64,000 nucleotides of DNA from Vulcanimicrobiota bacterium (GCA_963733295.1 CAVTCS010000003.1:2560001-2624000); one strand, 5' to 3'. Positions 29,888 through 40,840 are shown, counted from the stretch's first letter. Numbers and translations: made by a program. The notes: generated by a model from the letters alone, not told the origin.

Positions 29888-30928
29888 GTGAAGACGAGCC
29901 GAAGCCGATTCTTGTTGCTGTCCGCCGCTGCTGCCGCGCTGCCGCGCGTGGCCGAAGCGCGCCCGCCGGGCGTGACCGACGCGGACGTCTCGAAGCTCTA
30001 CGATGCGGCAAAAAAAGAGGGCGTCGTCGTCTGGTGGACGGCGCACTACGCCCAAGACGCGGCCGAACTCGTGCGCGATGCATTCAAAGCCAAATACCCC
30101 GGCATCGACGTTCAGTTCATTCGGCAAACGGCTCAAGTCATCTACCAGCGCCTTAGCCAAGATCTCAAAGCCGGTCAGCACGAGCTCGACGTCTTCGCCT
30201 CGACCGATGAGGCGCACTACGTCACGCTAAAGAAGCAGGCAGCTCTTGCAGAATTTATCCCGGCCGATATCGACAAGCTGCCGCCTCCCTTCCGCCAACT
30301 CGATCCGGACAACACCTATCAGACCGGCGCTTTTGCTTTCGTCCTGTTCAATTTCAATCCGACCAAGGTCAAAGTGCCCCGGCGCTGGCCGGAGTTGGCG
30401 AATGCGGAGTACAACGGCAAGGTCACGCTCGGGCATCCAGCGTTTAGCGGTTACGTCGGAAACTGGGTCGTCTCGATGAACGACAAGTACGGCTGGGATT
30501 ACTTCACCAAGCTCGCACTGACGCAGCCCAAGATCAATCGGTCCATTTACGACACGGTGACCGACATCGTGAGCGGCGAAAGGCAAATAGGCGCTGGGCC
30601 GGACAGCCTGTCGCTCGAGAAGAAAGCAGCCGGGAATGCGATCGGGATCGAGTACCCCGACGACGGCGCCGTTCTGATCGCCGCCCCGATCGCGGTCCTC
30701 AAAGAGGCTCCGCATCCCAATGCCGCCCGGCTCTTCATGAACTTCTTCTACTCGCGCGAGTATTCGCAAGCCATCGTAAAGTCGTTCAACTTTCCCCTGC
30801 GCAGCGACGTGCCGTCAGCTAACGGCACGCGGCTCGACCAAATTCACTATACACGCGTCACCGCGGAGCGCCTCGCCGTCGGAATACCCGAGGTCGTCGC
30901 GAAATGGCGCGAAACGTTTGGTGTCTAA
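29888..30928 (+). CDS. ABC transporter substrate-binding protein (Fe3+/polyamine class)
   Basis: AAKKEGVVVWWT, FKAKYPGI, APHPNAARLFMNF; Tat-like signal SRSRFLL. Confidence 0.88.
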   Translation: MKTSRSRFLLLSAAAAALPRVAEARPPGVTDADVSKLYDAAKKEGVVVWWTAHYAQDAAELVRDAFKAKYPGIDVQFIRQTAQVIYQRLSQDLKAGQHELDVFASTDEAHYVTLKKQAALAEFIPADIDKLPPPFRQLDPDNTYQTGAFAFVLFNFNPTKVKVPRRWPELANAEYNGKVTLGHPAFSGYVGNWVVSMNDKYGWDYFTKLALTQPKINRSIYDTVTDIVSGERQIGAGPDSLSLEKKAAGNAIGIEYPDDGAVLIAAPIAVLKEAPHPNAARLFMNFFYSREYSQAIVKSFNFPLRSDVPSANGTRLDQIHYTRVTAERLAVGIPEVVAKWRETFGV

Positions 30929-32603
30929 GTTTCGAGCCAGCACGTTCGTGTTTGGCGTGGCAACCGTGGTGCTGCTCATCATGGTCGTCCTGCCGCTCGG
31001 GTGGCTGTTTTTTACGAGTCTCCAACAGCCCGATAGCGGCGCACTGACGCTGCACAATTACGTCGAAGCCTTCACGACCCCGATCTACCTCCGCCCGATC
31101 GTGAATTCCCTGATCCTGGCGTCGGGCGTCGCGACGATCGCCGTGTGCGTGGGGACCCCGCTTGCGTGGCTGCTGGCCCGCGCCGACCTGCCGGCACGCG
31201 GTGCGCTGCGCGCGTTGATCGTCGCTGCCTTCGTCACGCCTTCATTTCTCGGCGCCGAAGCTTGGATGCTGCTCGCGGCCCCGAACAGCGGCTGGCTCAA
31301 CAAGGCCTGGACGGCCGTCACCGGGGCCGAGCATGGTCCGCTGAACATCTACTCGCTGGCGGGCGCGATTTTCGTCATGGCCCTCTATAACATTCCATAT
31401 ACCTTCACGCTGGTGTCGGGTGCGCTCGAGTTGATGCCGGCTGAAATGGAAGACGCCGCGGCCATCCTCGGAGCGAGCACGTGGCGCAGAACCGTAGCGA
31501 TTACGCTTCCGCTCGCGCTGCCCGCAATCGTCGGCGGCTTCATCCTGTCGTTTCTCGAAGCTTCGTCGGAGTTCGGCGCGCCCGCATTTCTGCTGATTCC
31601 GGCGCGCCAGCAAGTCGTCACGACGCAACTCTACGAATTCTTTCAATACCCTATTCGCATCGAGCTTGCGGCCGCTTATGCGATACCGATGCTGTTGGTA
31701 ACGGTCGCGCTTCTGCTCGGACAACGCGCCTTGGTCGGTCGCAAGCGCTACGATGTCATAGCTGGAAAAGGCGTCCGGCGGCGCTTGGTTGCGCTCGGCC
31801 GCTGGCGTTGGCCGGCGCTGGCTTTGGCGCTGATTCCGCCATCTCTGTCGGTCTTGCTTCCGTACGGATGCCTCCTGCTCACCTCGCTCTCACGCGCATG
31901 GGGCAAGGGTCTCGCGCTTTCAAACCTGACGCTGTATTGGTACCGCTGGGCGATCTTCGACAATCAGACGACCCAAGCCGCAATCGTGCACAGCTTCCTC
32001 TACAGTTTTGCGGCCGCCACGCTCGCGCTCGGAGTGGCTTTGTCCGTCGCTTATATCGTTTCGCGCAAGCTCGCACCCGGCGCGGGAATCTTGTCGTTCG
32101 TTGCGATGGCCCCGTTCGTCGTGCCCGGCATCATCCTCGCCATCGGCTTCTATTCCGCCTTTTCGCACAAGCCGTTGCTGCTCTACGGCACGGCCTGGAT
32201 GCTCATCGTCGCGTTTGCGACGCGCTTCTTGCCGATCGCCTTCACGAGCATGCGCTCGGCTTTGCAATCGATCAACATCGACCTCGAGAACGCGGCGCGC
32301 ACGCTCGGCGCGGGCCGCCTTCGCGCCCTCGGTTCGGTGACGCTGCCGCTCGTACGGCGAGGCCTCCTCTCGAGCTGGCTGCTGGCCTTTATCCCCTCGC
32401 TGCGCGAACTCAGCTGCGCGATCTTCCTGTTCACTCCGGGCACCGCGGTGATGTCGACCGTCATCTTCGATTTTTCCGATGCGGGGAACTTCGAGGCAGT
32501 TGCGACGATGGGAATTCTCTTGATGCTGACGACCCTTGCCTTCGTGGCACTGGCTTACCGCTTCGCCGGACGCGAACTCATCACGGCGCAGAACATCCAG
32601 TGA
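30918..32603 (+). CDS. ABC transporter permease (FbpB-type, two domains)
   Basis: Two EAA loops (MEDAAAILGA, LENAARTLGA), ~12 TM. Confidence 0.92.
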   Translation: MVSKFRASTFVFGVATVVLLIMVVLPLGWLFFTSLQQPDSGALTLHNYVEAFTTPIYLRPIVNSLILASGVATIAVCVGTPLAWLLARADLPARGALRALIVAAFVTPSFLGAEAWMLLAAPNSGWLNKAWTAVTGAEHGPLNIYSLAGAIFVMALYNIPYTFTLVSGALELMPAEMEDAAAILGASTWRRTVAITLPLALPAIVGGFILSFLEASSEFGAPAFLLIPARQQVVTTQLYEFFQYPIRIELAAAYAIPMLLVTVALLLGQRALVGRKRYDVIAGKGVRRRLVALGRWRWPALALALIPPSLSVLLPYGCLLLTSLSRAWGKGLALSNLTLYWYRWAIFDNQTTQAAIVHSFLYSFAAATLALGVALSVAYIVSRKLAPGAGILSFVAMAPFVVPGIILAIGFYSAFSHKPLLLYGTAWMLIVAFATRFLPIAFTSMRSALQSINIDLENAARTLGAGRLRALGSVTLPLVRRGLLSSWLLAFIPSLRELSCAIFLFTPGTAVMSTVIFDFSDAGNFEAVATMGILLMLTTLAFVALAYRFAGRELITAQNIQ

Positions 32604-32614
32604 AAGAGCGTTAG

Positions 32615-33682
32615 ATGGCAAGCATCGCGCTGATGGGCTTGAAGAAGCGCTTTGGTGCCGCCCGCGCGGTGGATGGCGTCGACTTGAGAATCGACAACGG
32701 CGAGGTGATGGCGCTGCTCGGGCCGTCCGGCTGCGGAAAGACGACGACCTTACAACTGCTCGCCGGCTTCTTGGAACCCGACGAAGGCGAAATTCGAGTC
32801 GGCGACGTCGTCGTCTCGCGTCGCGGCTCGGTGCTTCCGCCGGAGCGGCGCAACATGTCGCTCATTTTCCAGACGTATGCGGTCTGGCCGCACAAGACCG
32901 TCTTCGAGAACGTCGCTTTCGGTCTTGCGGTGCGGCGCGTGCCGCGCGCACAGATCGTCGAGCGCGTCAAGCAGGTGCTCGAAACCGTTCGGATGGCGTC
33001 CATGGCGGAACGCTATCCCGCCGAGCTCTCTGGCGGTCAGCAGCAACGCGTCGCACTTGCTCGCGCGCTCGTCGTCGAGCCGCAGATCTTGCTGCTCGAC
33101 GAGCCTCTGTCAAATCTGGACACGGCGCTGCGCGAGCAGATGCGCTTCGAGATTCGCCGTTTGCACAACGAAACCGGAATAACGATGGTCTACGTGACGC
33201 ACGACCAGGCTGAGGCGATGGTCACGGCGGATCGGATCGCCGTCATGAACGCCGGCCGGGTCGAGCAGGTCGGTACGGCAAGCCAGATCTACGAGTCACC
33301 GCGCACGGCGTTCGCCGCTTCCTTCATCGGCCGGATGAACACGCTCGAAGGTACGCTGCTCGAAAGCGGCGTGGCCGATTGCTCCGGTCTGATCCTGCGC
33401 GTCAGCGACGGCGTACCGCTCGCCAAGGGCCAGCGGGCCGTGATCTGCGTACGTCCGCACGACGTGTCGTTCGCCGCCGCCGATGACGCCGTGGACGGCG
33501 ACAACTGTATCCGCGGGCGCGTCGCGCAGCAGACCTATCTCGGCGACGTTCGCGACTACCTTGTCCAGGTGGCCGGCGACACGACGCTGCGCGTCATAAC
33601 TTCACCGGGCATCTGCCACGAAGTGGGCGAGGAGGTCACGTTGCGGCTTCCGATCGCCGCCTGCCGCATCGTCTCCGGCTAG
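32615..33682 (+). CDS. ABC transporter ATP-binding protein (PotA/FbpC-type)
   Basis: GPSGCGKT, LSGGQQQR, LLLDEP, TOBE-like C-terminus. Confidence 0.95.
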   Translation: MASIALMGLKKRFGAARAVDGVDLRIDNGEVMALLGPSGCGKTTTLQLLAGFLEPDEGEIRVGDVVVSRRGSVLPPERRNMSLIFQTYAVWPHKTVFENVAFGLAVRRVPRAQIVERVKQVLETVRMASMAERYPAELSGGQQQRVALARALVVEPQILLLDEPLSNLDTALREQMRFEIRRLHNETGITMVYVTHDQAEAMVTADRIAVMNAGRVEQVGTASQIYESPRTAFAASFIGRMNTLEGTLLESGVADCSGLILRVSDGVPLAKGQRAVICVRPHDVSFAAADDAVDGDNCIRGRVAQQTYLGDVRDYLVQVAGDTTLRVITSPGICHEVGEEVTLRLPIAACRIVSG

Positions 33683-34809
33683 AGAGGCGCGACGGCGATC
33701 GCGCTGGGGCCACTGGAATCTCCCCCGAGGTACGCGGGCATCGTGACCGATAGCGACGGGGCGACGAAGCCCGAGGCGCCCGCGTCGAACACGATCAGCG
33801 CTTGCGGTCCGGAAAGGTTCGTCAAATTGAAGGCGTACACGTTCCCGCTAGCGTCGACCGCCATCGGAGAGTTGTACGGCAATTGCGGCGATTGGAATTC
33901 CGCCATCGGCAAGACGTTGCCGCTCGCGCCCGGCGCGAAAACGAACACCTCTTGCGACTGCGAGTCGAAGACGGAGAGCGTTCCGCCGGCCGAGACTCCG
34001 ATCTGGCTCGGTATTTTAAAGCCCGTATTCGATCCTGAAATAACGCGAGCCGGCGCGATGTTTCCGTATTCTCCCGGCGGATACACCGCGATGTACGGCG
34101 GCCCGGTGCTGGGCTCGAGTGCGGCGTAAATGTTCCCGCTCGCGTCGACCGCAAGTCCGCTCTGGTTGACGTTGCTCAGCATCGTCGAGCTTCCAGCGAT
34201 CGTTTGATATTGTCCGCTGAGCGAACCGCTCGCGCCCGGATTGATGATGAAAATCGAGGCCGGCTCGGACGGGACGCTTTGCGCGCCTTGAATCGCGTAC
34301 AAATAGTTGTTCTTGTCGAATGCCAGCGCAGCCGGGGCGACGAGCGGGCTCGGATTGGCGTGGCCAGGATAATTGATCACCGCAGTCGGCGTCGCGTTGA
34401 GACCGATCGCGCTCGCCGCGAACTCGACGAGGGTGTACGTGCAAGGCGGGCACGCTCCCGTGCCGACGATGGTTCCGTTTGGAGCGACCGCGAGCATCCC
34501 GCCGAGGATCGTGAGGTCGGTCGAGGTCAGCCGCGTCGGCGTCGCGGTTCCGACGGAACCTTTCGGAAAGATATCGATCTCCCCGTACGTCGAGCTGAGG
34601 GTGAGGTTCCCGAAGACGTAGGCAGCTGTCGGCAGCGCCGTGGCCGGCGGACCTGGCGAGGGCGTCGGTGTCGCACCGCCCGGCGTTGGCGTCGCACCGC
34701 CCGGCGTCGGCGTGATGCGCGGGCTCGGCGAATTTCCGCCGCCTCCACCGCAGCCCGCGAACATCGCGGCACACGCGAAAAGGACCGTGATACGAACTCT
34801 GGAGCTCAC
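33679..34809 (-). CDS. Beta-propeller (NHL-like) lipoprotein
   Basis: Lipobox FAGC then GGGGG; repeated AVDASGN.Y and G..G...P blades. Confidence 0.8.
   Translation of the reverse strand: MSSRVRITVLFACAAMFAGCGGGGGNSPSPRITPTPGGATPTPGGATPTPSPGPPATALPTAAYVFGNLTLSSTYGEIDIFPKGSVGTATPTRLTSTDLTILGGMLAVAPNGTIVGTGACPPCTYTLVEFAASAIGLNATPTAVINYPGHANPSPLVAPAALAFDKNNYLYAIQGAQSVPSEPASIFIINPGASGSLSGQYQTIAGSSTMLSNVNQSGLAVDASGNIYAALEPSTGPPYIAVYPPGEYGNIAPARVISGSNTGFKIPSQIGVSAGGTLSVFDSQSQEVFVFAPGASGNVLPMAEFQSPQLPYNSPMAVDASGNVYAFNLTNLSGPQALIVFDAGASGFVAPSLSVTMPAYLGGDSSGPSAIAVAPL
34661..34714 (-). repeat. 21-bp coding tandem repeat (TPTPGGA)
   Basis: ggcgtyggygtcgcaccgccc, about 2.5 copies. Confidence 0.75.
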
Positions 34810-34934
34810 GGCGTACGATGTGGACCGCGAGCCGTCGAAACCCCTGCGCGTTGCACCATTTGGTGAGGCGGATCAAGCCGGCGCGAAAACGCGGGGAAAG
34901 AGTTTTTTAGGCCGTCGCCCGCGTAGAAGTGAAC

Positions 34935-35618
34935 ATGCCAGCCGCAAACTCGCCCGGGGGACCGGTGCGCGTCTCGCCGATCATGTGGAGGATGTCGGCC
35001 TGGATTTTCTGTTCCACGCTAGCGACTGCGCTAGCCGTCTTCATCGTTTGCGTGAAAATGGGCCCGAATCAGTGGAGACTCACCGCTCTGCTGTGGTCGC
35101 TCTTTGGCGTGAACCTGCTCTTGTTGGTTCGGTGGACGTACGGCGCACTTCGGCGCGCCGGCTACCCTGCCTCGCCCACGATCCAGTTGGCTCAGTGGCG
35201 AGTGATGGCGGTGTATGCGGCAGCACTCATCGGTACAATCGTGCTGACGGACTTCATCTATCGCTGGACCGCGAGTCGACTCCTTGAGGGTCTCTTGGCG
35301 CTTTGCTTTGTGCCGCTCGCCCTTGTCTTCGTAAAGTGGGGCTACGCTCTCCAGCCGGCGCCCCAACCGTATGAAGCCGGCATGTTGCGATGGGCTGTCA
35401 CCATGCAGTTCGTTCTGCCGGTCATTTTAGGCGCGAACCTGATTTTGCAGCTTCTGCCGCATCATTACTACGGCGCAGGATTAGAAGCAAGGCGTGACTG
35501 GACTATCGCCGCCTACTTCGTGCTCGCGCCGATCTTTCCAATCAACGGGTACTTCATGCTGCAGCGATACTTTTGGGCTCGCGCTCTCGCGGCGCCGCTG
35601 TCACCGGCAACGTCGTAG
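34935..35618 (+). CDS. Membrane protein of unknown function (~6 TM)
   Basis: Multiple hydrophobic helices. Confidence 0.6.
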   Translation: MPAANSPGGPVRVSPIMWRMSAWIFCSTLATALAVFIVCVKMGPNQWRLTALLWSLFGVNLLLLVRWTYGALRRAGYPASPTIQLAQWRVMAVYAAALIGTIVLTDFIYRWTASRLLEGLLALCFVPLALVFVKWGYALQPAPQPYEAGMLRWAVTMQFVLPVILGANLILQLLPHHYYGAGLEARRDWTIAAYFVLAPIFPINGYFMLQRYFWARALAAPLSPATS

Positions 35619-35729
35619 GCGAACGTTGGGAGGAACCCCGAAAAGCAATCGAGCGCTCATCGGACGCTCCGACTAGCACGAAGTGCTTAGCGCTGAAGGC
35701 GTCGAGCCGACTCTGGCAAAGTGCGGCAG

Positions 35730-38696
35730 ATGCGGGCGCGGGTCGAACTGAAGCTGCTCGGACCGTTCGAGGGGCGGTTTCCCGACGGGCGGCAGGCGAA
35801 ACTCGAGACCCGCAAGTCGGAAGCGTTGCTGGCGTACTTGGCCCGGCACTGTGGGGAATCGCATTCGCGCGAGCAGCTAGCCGCGATGTTTTGGGGAGAT
35901 CGAGACGACGCGGCCGCGCGGCACAACCTGCGTAAAGCGCTCGCATCGCTGCGGCGCAGTTTCGCACCGCACGAATTCTTGCTGGCCGATCGCGATAGCC
36001 TCGCGCTCGATCCGGCCGCGGTCAAGGTCGACGTTACGCTGTTCGAGGAGCTCGCTGCCGCGCAGGACACCGAGCAGTTGCACGCCGCGTCGGAGCTCTA
36101 TCGCGGACCATTCCTCGAAGGATTGGTCTCAGACGAGCAGCCGTTTGACGAATGGCTCTCGCGCGAACGGCAAACGCTGCACGACCGCGCCCTCCGGCTG
36201 CTGCTGCAACTCGCGGATGCGGCGCGCGATCCGGAGGCCGCCGGCGCCGCGCTCATTCGTGCTGTGGAACTGGATCCGTCGTGCGAGGAAGCGCATCGGC
36301 GCTTGATGCGTTTGCAGATCGCGGCACGGCGCTACAACGCCGCGGTGCGTCAGTTCCACGACTGCGCGAAGGCGCTGCAGCGTGAACTCGACGCAACGCC
36401 CGAGCACGAGACGTTAGCGGTCTATCGCGAGGCGATGGCCGCGCTGTCGCGCGTCTCCGACGTGGGCGCACGCGAGCTGCCCACCAATCTTCCACACCAG
36501 CTCAACTCCTTCGTGGGCCGCGCGGACGAGGTCCGCGACATCGAGGCGCTGCTCTTCGAACATCGGCTGGTCACCGTCGCGGGACCAGGCGGTTCGGGGA
36601 AGACGCGCTGTGCGGTGCAAATCGGCGCCGGCCTCCTGGCGAACTTTCCGGGCGGTGTATGGTTGGCGGAACTCGCGCCGATCGCGGACGATTCGCTCGT
36701 ACCGCGGATCGTGGCCGACGCGCTGCGCGTCCCGCAATCCGGCGATCGGCCTCTTCTCGACGATGTGGTCGCTCATCTCCAGCGCAAGCAGCTGCTGATC
36801 GTGCTCGACAACTGCGAGCACGTCGTCGCGGGCGCTCGCAACCTGGCTGCTGCGGTGCTCAGGAACTGCCCCGGCATCCGCATCTTGGCGACGAGCCGGC
36901 AAAGCTTGGAAGTCACCGGCGAACGCGTGTACCGCGTACCGTCGCTCGCTTTGCCACCGCCGTCGCTTCGCCTCAACCCTACAGGCGCCGCACGATATGG
37001 CTCGCTCGTGCTGTTTTGCGATCGCGCCAGGGAAGCCGCCGGCCACTTTGTGCTGACCGAAGAAAACCTTCCCTCGGTCGTTGCAGTTTGCCGGCGCGTC
37101 GACGGCATGCCGCTTGCGATCGAGCTCGCGGCAGCGCGAATCAAATCCCTCTCGCCGCGACAACTCGCGCAGAGGCTGGATCGACACTTCCGCCTGCTAG
37201 CCGGCGGCGATCGTAACGGGCCGCCGCGCCAGCAGGCGATGAGCGCGTTGATCGATTTCAGTTACGACTTGCTCTCCGAGCGCGATCGGCGGATGTTGCG
37301 GATGTTCTCGGTCTTCGTGGGAAGTTTCACGCTCGAGATGATGAGCGCCGTGTGCGTGGACGCGCATACCGACGAGTTCGAGGTGTTGGAAGCGCTTACG
37401 TCGCTCGTCGATAAATCTCTCGTGCAGGCCGAACCCGACGGCGAGGGCATGCGCTATCGCTTGCTGGAAACCACCCGCGCTTACGCCGCGCGAAAAGCGG
37501 CAGACAGCGGCGAGCAGGAGCATGCGGCACGAAGGTATGCGCTCGCCTGCGTCGCACTCGGCGAGGCGCTCGATGCGGCTTGGGACGCGACGCCCGACCG
37601 CCTGTGGTTCGCGCAACTGAGCGCGGAACGGGAACATTGGCGCGCGACGCTGGAGTGGACGCTCGAAGCCCGAAACGACGTGCTCGCCGGCCAACGTCTG
37701 GTGGCTGCGCTCGGCGGCGGATTCCGTCTCTTCGGCTTCGCGGCGGCGTTGGGTTGGTTGGACGCGGCACGCCACAGCGTAAACGCGGAGACGCCGCGTG
37801 CGATCGTCGCGCAACTCGATCTCGTCGAAGCGCGATACCGGGGGTGGCTCAATCAACATGAAGCGGCATGCGAGTCGGGCCGCCGCGCGTTCGAAGCATT
37901 CGCCGCGCTCGGTGAATCGCTGCGTGTCGCAGAAGCTCAAGGGGACCTGGGGCGCGAACTGACGGTTCTCGGGCGAGCCGCAGAGGCCGAGACGTTGTGG
38001 CTGGAAGCATTGGGTACGGCGCGCCGATTACGTTCGCGAAAGTTGCCCGCAGAAATACTCGCGAGCCTCGCCGAGGCTTCGATCGCTCGCGACGATCTGA
38101 AAGAGGCGCGGGTCCGGTTCTCAGAAGCGTTGGCGCTCGCCAAGGCATCAGAGCATACGATGCTCGAGTCCATCGTGGCCGCCAACCTCGCTGAGGCGGA
38201 GTTCCGAGGGGGTGACGCGGCCGCTGCGCTGCGTCTCGCCGGTGAAGCTGTAGCGGCGAGCCGAACGTTCAACGACTCGACAACCTTCAGCGTCGCGAAC
38301 TACCTCTCGAACATGGCTGCGTATCTGGTTGCGCTCGGCCGTTACGAAGAAGGCCGCGTTCACGCGCGCGAAGCGCTCGAGCTCGCCCGCGACGTGCAGC
38401 ACCACACCGGAGTCGCGTGCTCGCTCCAACACGTCGCCGCCGTCGCGGCGCTGCGAACGCCTGACGACGAGACCTCGGCCGGCGAAGATCGAGCGCGTGC
38501 CGCGCGGCTGTTCGGATACACAGACGCGCGCCTGGCGGCACTCGGCGGCCTGCGCGAATATACCGAACAGCGGGAATACGATGCCGGCATCGCTGCGCTC
38601 CGCGGCGTACTCGGATTTGAAGAGACGGACGCTCTATTGGCAGAGGGGCGAACGTGGTACGACGACCGCGCGTTCGCCGAGGCGATGACCGTCTAA
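35730..38696 (+). CDS. AfsR/SARP-type regulator: wHTH + BTAD + STAND ATPase + TPR
   Basis: LKLLGPF, ALLAYLA, YRGPFLEG, EEAHRRLM; GPGGSGKT, VLDNCEH, ATSRQ, DGMPLAIELAA; TPR tail. Confidence 0.9.
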   Translation: MRARVELKLLGPFEGRFPDGRQAKLETRKSEALLAYLARHCGESHSREQLAAMFWGDRDDAAARHNLRKALASLRRSFAPHEFLLADRDSLALDPAAVKVDVTLFEELAAAQDTEQLHAASELYRGPFLEGLVSDEQPFDEWLSRERQTLHDRALRLLLQLADAARDPEAAGAALIRAVELDPSCEEAHRRLMRLQIAARRYNAAVRQFHDCAKALQRELDATPEHETLAVYREAMAALSRVSDVGARELPTNLPHQLNSFVGRADEVRDIEALLFEHRLVTVAGPGGSGKTRCAVQIGAGLLANFPGGVWLAELAPIADDSLVPRIVADALRVPQSGDRPLLDDVVAHLQRKQLLIVLDNCEHVVAGARNLAAAVLRNCPGIRILATSRQSLEVTGERVYRVPSLALPPPSLRLNPTGAARYGSLVLFCDRAREAAGHFVLTEENLPSVVAVCRRVDGMPLAIELAAARIKSLSPRQLAQRLDRHFRLLAGGDRNGPPRQQAMSALIDFSYDLLSERDRRMLRMFSVFVGSFTLEMMSAVCVDAHTDEFEVLEALTSLVDKSLVQAEPDGEGMRYRLLETTRAYAARKAADSGEQEHAARRYALACVALGEALDAAWDATPDRLWFAQLSAEREHWRATLEWTLEARNDVLAGQRLVAALGGGFRLFGFAAALGWLDAARHSVNAETPRAIVAQLDLVEARYRGWLNQHEAACESGRRAFEAFAALGESLRVAEAQGDLGRELTVLGRAAEAETLWLEALGTARRLRSRKLPAEILASLAEASIARDDLKEARVRFSEALALAKASEHTMLESIVAANLAEAEFRGGDAAAALRLAGEAVAASRTFNDSTTFSVANYLSNMAAYLVALGRYEEGRVHAREALELARDVQHHTGVACSLQHVAAVAALRTPDDETSAGEDRARAARLFGYTDARLAALGGLREYTEQREYDAGIAALRGVLGFEETDALLAEGRTWYDDRAFAEAMTV

Positions 38697-38818
38697 CAGC
38701 TTCACGATGCCCTGATAGTCTCGGAGGGAAGCGGGTGAACCAAGGGGAGGCGGGAACCTAAGGCGACGGATTGGCCTGGGGAGCCGAGTTCTTGCCTTTT
38801 TGCTCGGGGGAGTTTTCA

Positions 38819-39886
38819 ATGCCCAAAGTACCGACCCGCCCGCTCGCTGCTGGAATCGGCGCACTAGCGTTGACGCTGACGCTTGCATTCGACGGAACCG
38901 GCGAAGCTTGTACCAGGATCCTCTCAAATACCAACGCCGGATACGTCCTCGTCGCGCGCAGTATGGACTGGGCTACAACGACGGAGCCGATCCTCACCGT
39001 AATGCCCCGCGGAATGAACCATGACGGTGGCAGGGTCGGATCGGAAGTAGCGGTAAGCCAGAATCCCCTGCGCTGGACCTCAACTTACGGCAGCGTCGTT
39101 ACCACGATCTATGGGATCGGGACCGCCGACGGGATTAACGAGCGCGGGCTGTCCGCGCATATGCTCTATTTTCCTCCCGCCGATTACGGTGCACGCGATG
39201 CGTCGAAGGCGGGCCTCCAAGGGGCGCTCTGGGCGCAGTACGCGCTCGACAGCTCCGCAAACGTCGAGCAGGCGTTAGCGAATCTCCAGAAGATTCAGGT
39301 TGTGAAGATCTCGATCGTACGGCACGGTCAGACGCAGAACGCCACGGTACACTTGGCACTCGAAGACGCCACCGGTGACTCGGCGATCCTCGAATACATC
39401 GGCGGCAAGCTTGTAGTTCATCACGGTCGACAATACCGGGTGATGACCAACGCTCCGGATTACGACGAGCAACTCAAGCTGCTCAGCGGATTCGATTTCT
39501 CAAACCCGACCATGGAAACGAACGTACCTGGAAACGTGAACCCGCGCGCCCGTTTCCAGCGGGCAACATATTTTCTGTCCGTCTTGACCCCGCCAAAGGA
39601 CCAACGCGAGGCGGTCGCGGGTATGTTCACGCTAATCCGAAGCGTCTCCATTCCATTCGGTGCGCCGGTCAACGGATCGACCTTTGATACCGAGTACCGC
39701 ACCGTCGGCGACTTGCAGAATCGGCAGTATTACTTCGAACTCACGACGTCGCCGAACGTCATCTGGATCGACCTTAAGAAGCTCAACTTTAGTGCAGGCG
39801 CTTCGCCTATGACGCTCAACCCGAACAACATCGCGCTGAACGGTAACGTCAACGGAAGCTTCGCGCCGGCGAGCGCTCCCTTTTAA
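38819..39886 (+). CDS. Secreted linear amide C-N hydrolase (choloylglycine hydrolase / penicillin V acylase family)
   Basis: Signal peptide ending GEA|CTR (Ntn Cys), RSMDW, DGINERGL, MTNAP, RFQRA. Confidence 0.9.
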   Translation: MPKVPTRPLAAGIGALALTLTLAFDGTGEACTRILSNTNAGYVLVARSMDWATTTEPILTVMPRGMNHDGGRVGSEVAVSQNPLRWTSTYGSVVTTIYGIGTADGINERGLSAHMLYFPPADYGARDASKAGLQGALWAQYALDSSANVEQALANLQKIQVVKISIVRHGQTQNATVHLALEDATGDSAILEYIGGKLVVHHGRQYRVMTNAPDYDEQLKLLSGFDFSNPTMETNVPGNVNPRARFQRATYFLSVLTPPKDQREAVAGMFTLIRSVSIPFGAPVNGSTFDTEYRTVGDLQNRQYYFELTTSPNVIWIDLKKLNFSAGASPMTLNPNNIALNGNVNGSFAPASAPF

Positions 39887-39931
39887 AATTTTAGGCAGTA
39901 CGCGGACTAGGCAGAATCAACGCTGTAAACC

Positions 39932-40840
39932 CTACGCGAGCAAAGCGTGGGAGATGTGTAGCGAGACGACCCAGTTCGGCACGTCCACGAGTTCGCTGAT
40001 CTTCAAGTCGCCGGCGACGCTCGCGAGCATGTAGGCGTCAATGTCCGTGATACTCGTGCGGCGGACGATCTCCGCGATCATCGCCGTCGTAGCGTCGCGC
40101 GCCGCTTGCAAGAGATCGGGCCCGATGCCCGTGGTCGCAAGCGCGGCACCTGTGCGCTGCGAACTCGGCGAGGTGAGTAGAATCGGAGCGGCGAGGCGTC
40201 GCTGGCGTTCGATTGAAACGCGCAAGACCGCGACGGCGTTCGTTTCGATCGCGGTGCCGCAAACCTCGCCGTCGCCTTGCGCCGCGTGCGCGTCGCCCAG
40301 CGAAAGGAGTGCGCCGTCGACGGCGACGGGCATGTATAGCGTCGCCCCCGCACCGACGTGCCGGATGTCCATGTTGCCGCCCCATCGCGTCGGCGGAATG
40401 ACGGAGAACGAGCCCTCTTCTTCCGGGGCGACGCCGATCGTTCCGATCATCGGCAAACTCGGCAGCCGCATACCGGTGAACAGTTCGATCGTTCCGTCCG
40501 CGATTCGCGACATTCGCAACTCGGGATCTGCAAAGCGATCGGCGAGCAAGCCGAAACCGGGGATGTTCGCGGTCCAGCCCCAGCGGTCGACTTCGAGATC
40601 CAGGATCTCGACGACCAGGGCGTCTCCGGGCCTCGCTCCTTCGACGAAGATGGGACCCGTCACCGGATTGACGCGCCCAAAATCGAGCGTCGCAAGGGCG
40701 CCGGCGGGAGAATCGGAGGCGAGTTGACCGCCCGATGCGTTCTGGAGTTCGACGGTGATCGTGTCGCCGGGCGCGACTCGCAACACCGGCGCGATCGATT
40801 TGTCCCAAACGTTGTGGGTTTGCGTGCGTCGCAGGTGCAT
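39932..40840 (-). CDS. Acetamidase/formamidase family protein
   Basis: NPVTGPIFVEGA.PGD, GGNMD, GDAHAAQGDGEVCGTAIE. Confidence 0.92.
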   Translation of the reverse strand: MHLRRTQTHNVWDKSIAPVLRVAPGDTITVELQNASGGQLASDSPAGALATLDFGRVNPVTGPIFVEGARPGDALVVEILDLEVDRWGWTANIPGFGLLADRFADPELRMSRIADGTIELFTGMRLPSLPMIGTIGVAPEEEGSFSVIPPTRWGGNMDIRHVGAGATLYMPVAVDGALLSLGDAHAAQGDGEVCGTAIETNAVAVLRVSIERQRRLAAPILLTSPSSQRTGAALATTGIGPDLLQAARDATTAMIAEIVRRTSITDIDAYMLASVAGDLKISELVDVPNWVVSLHISHALLA

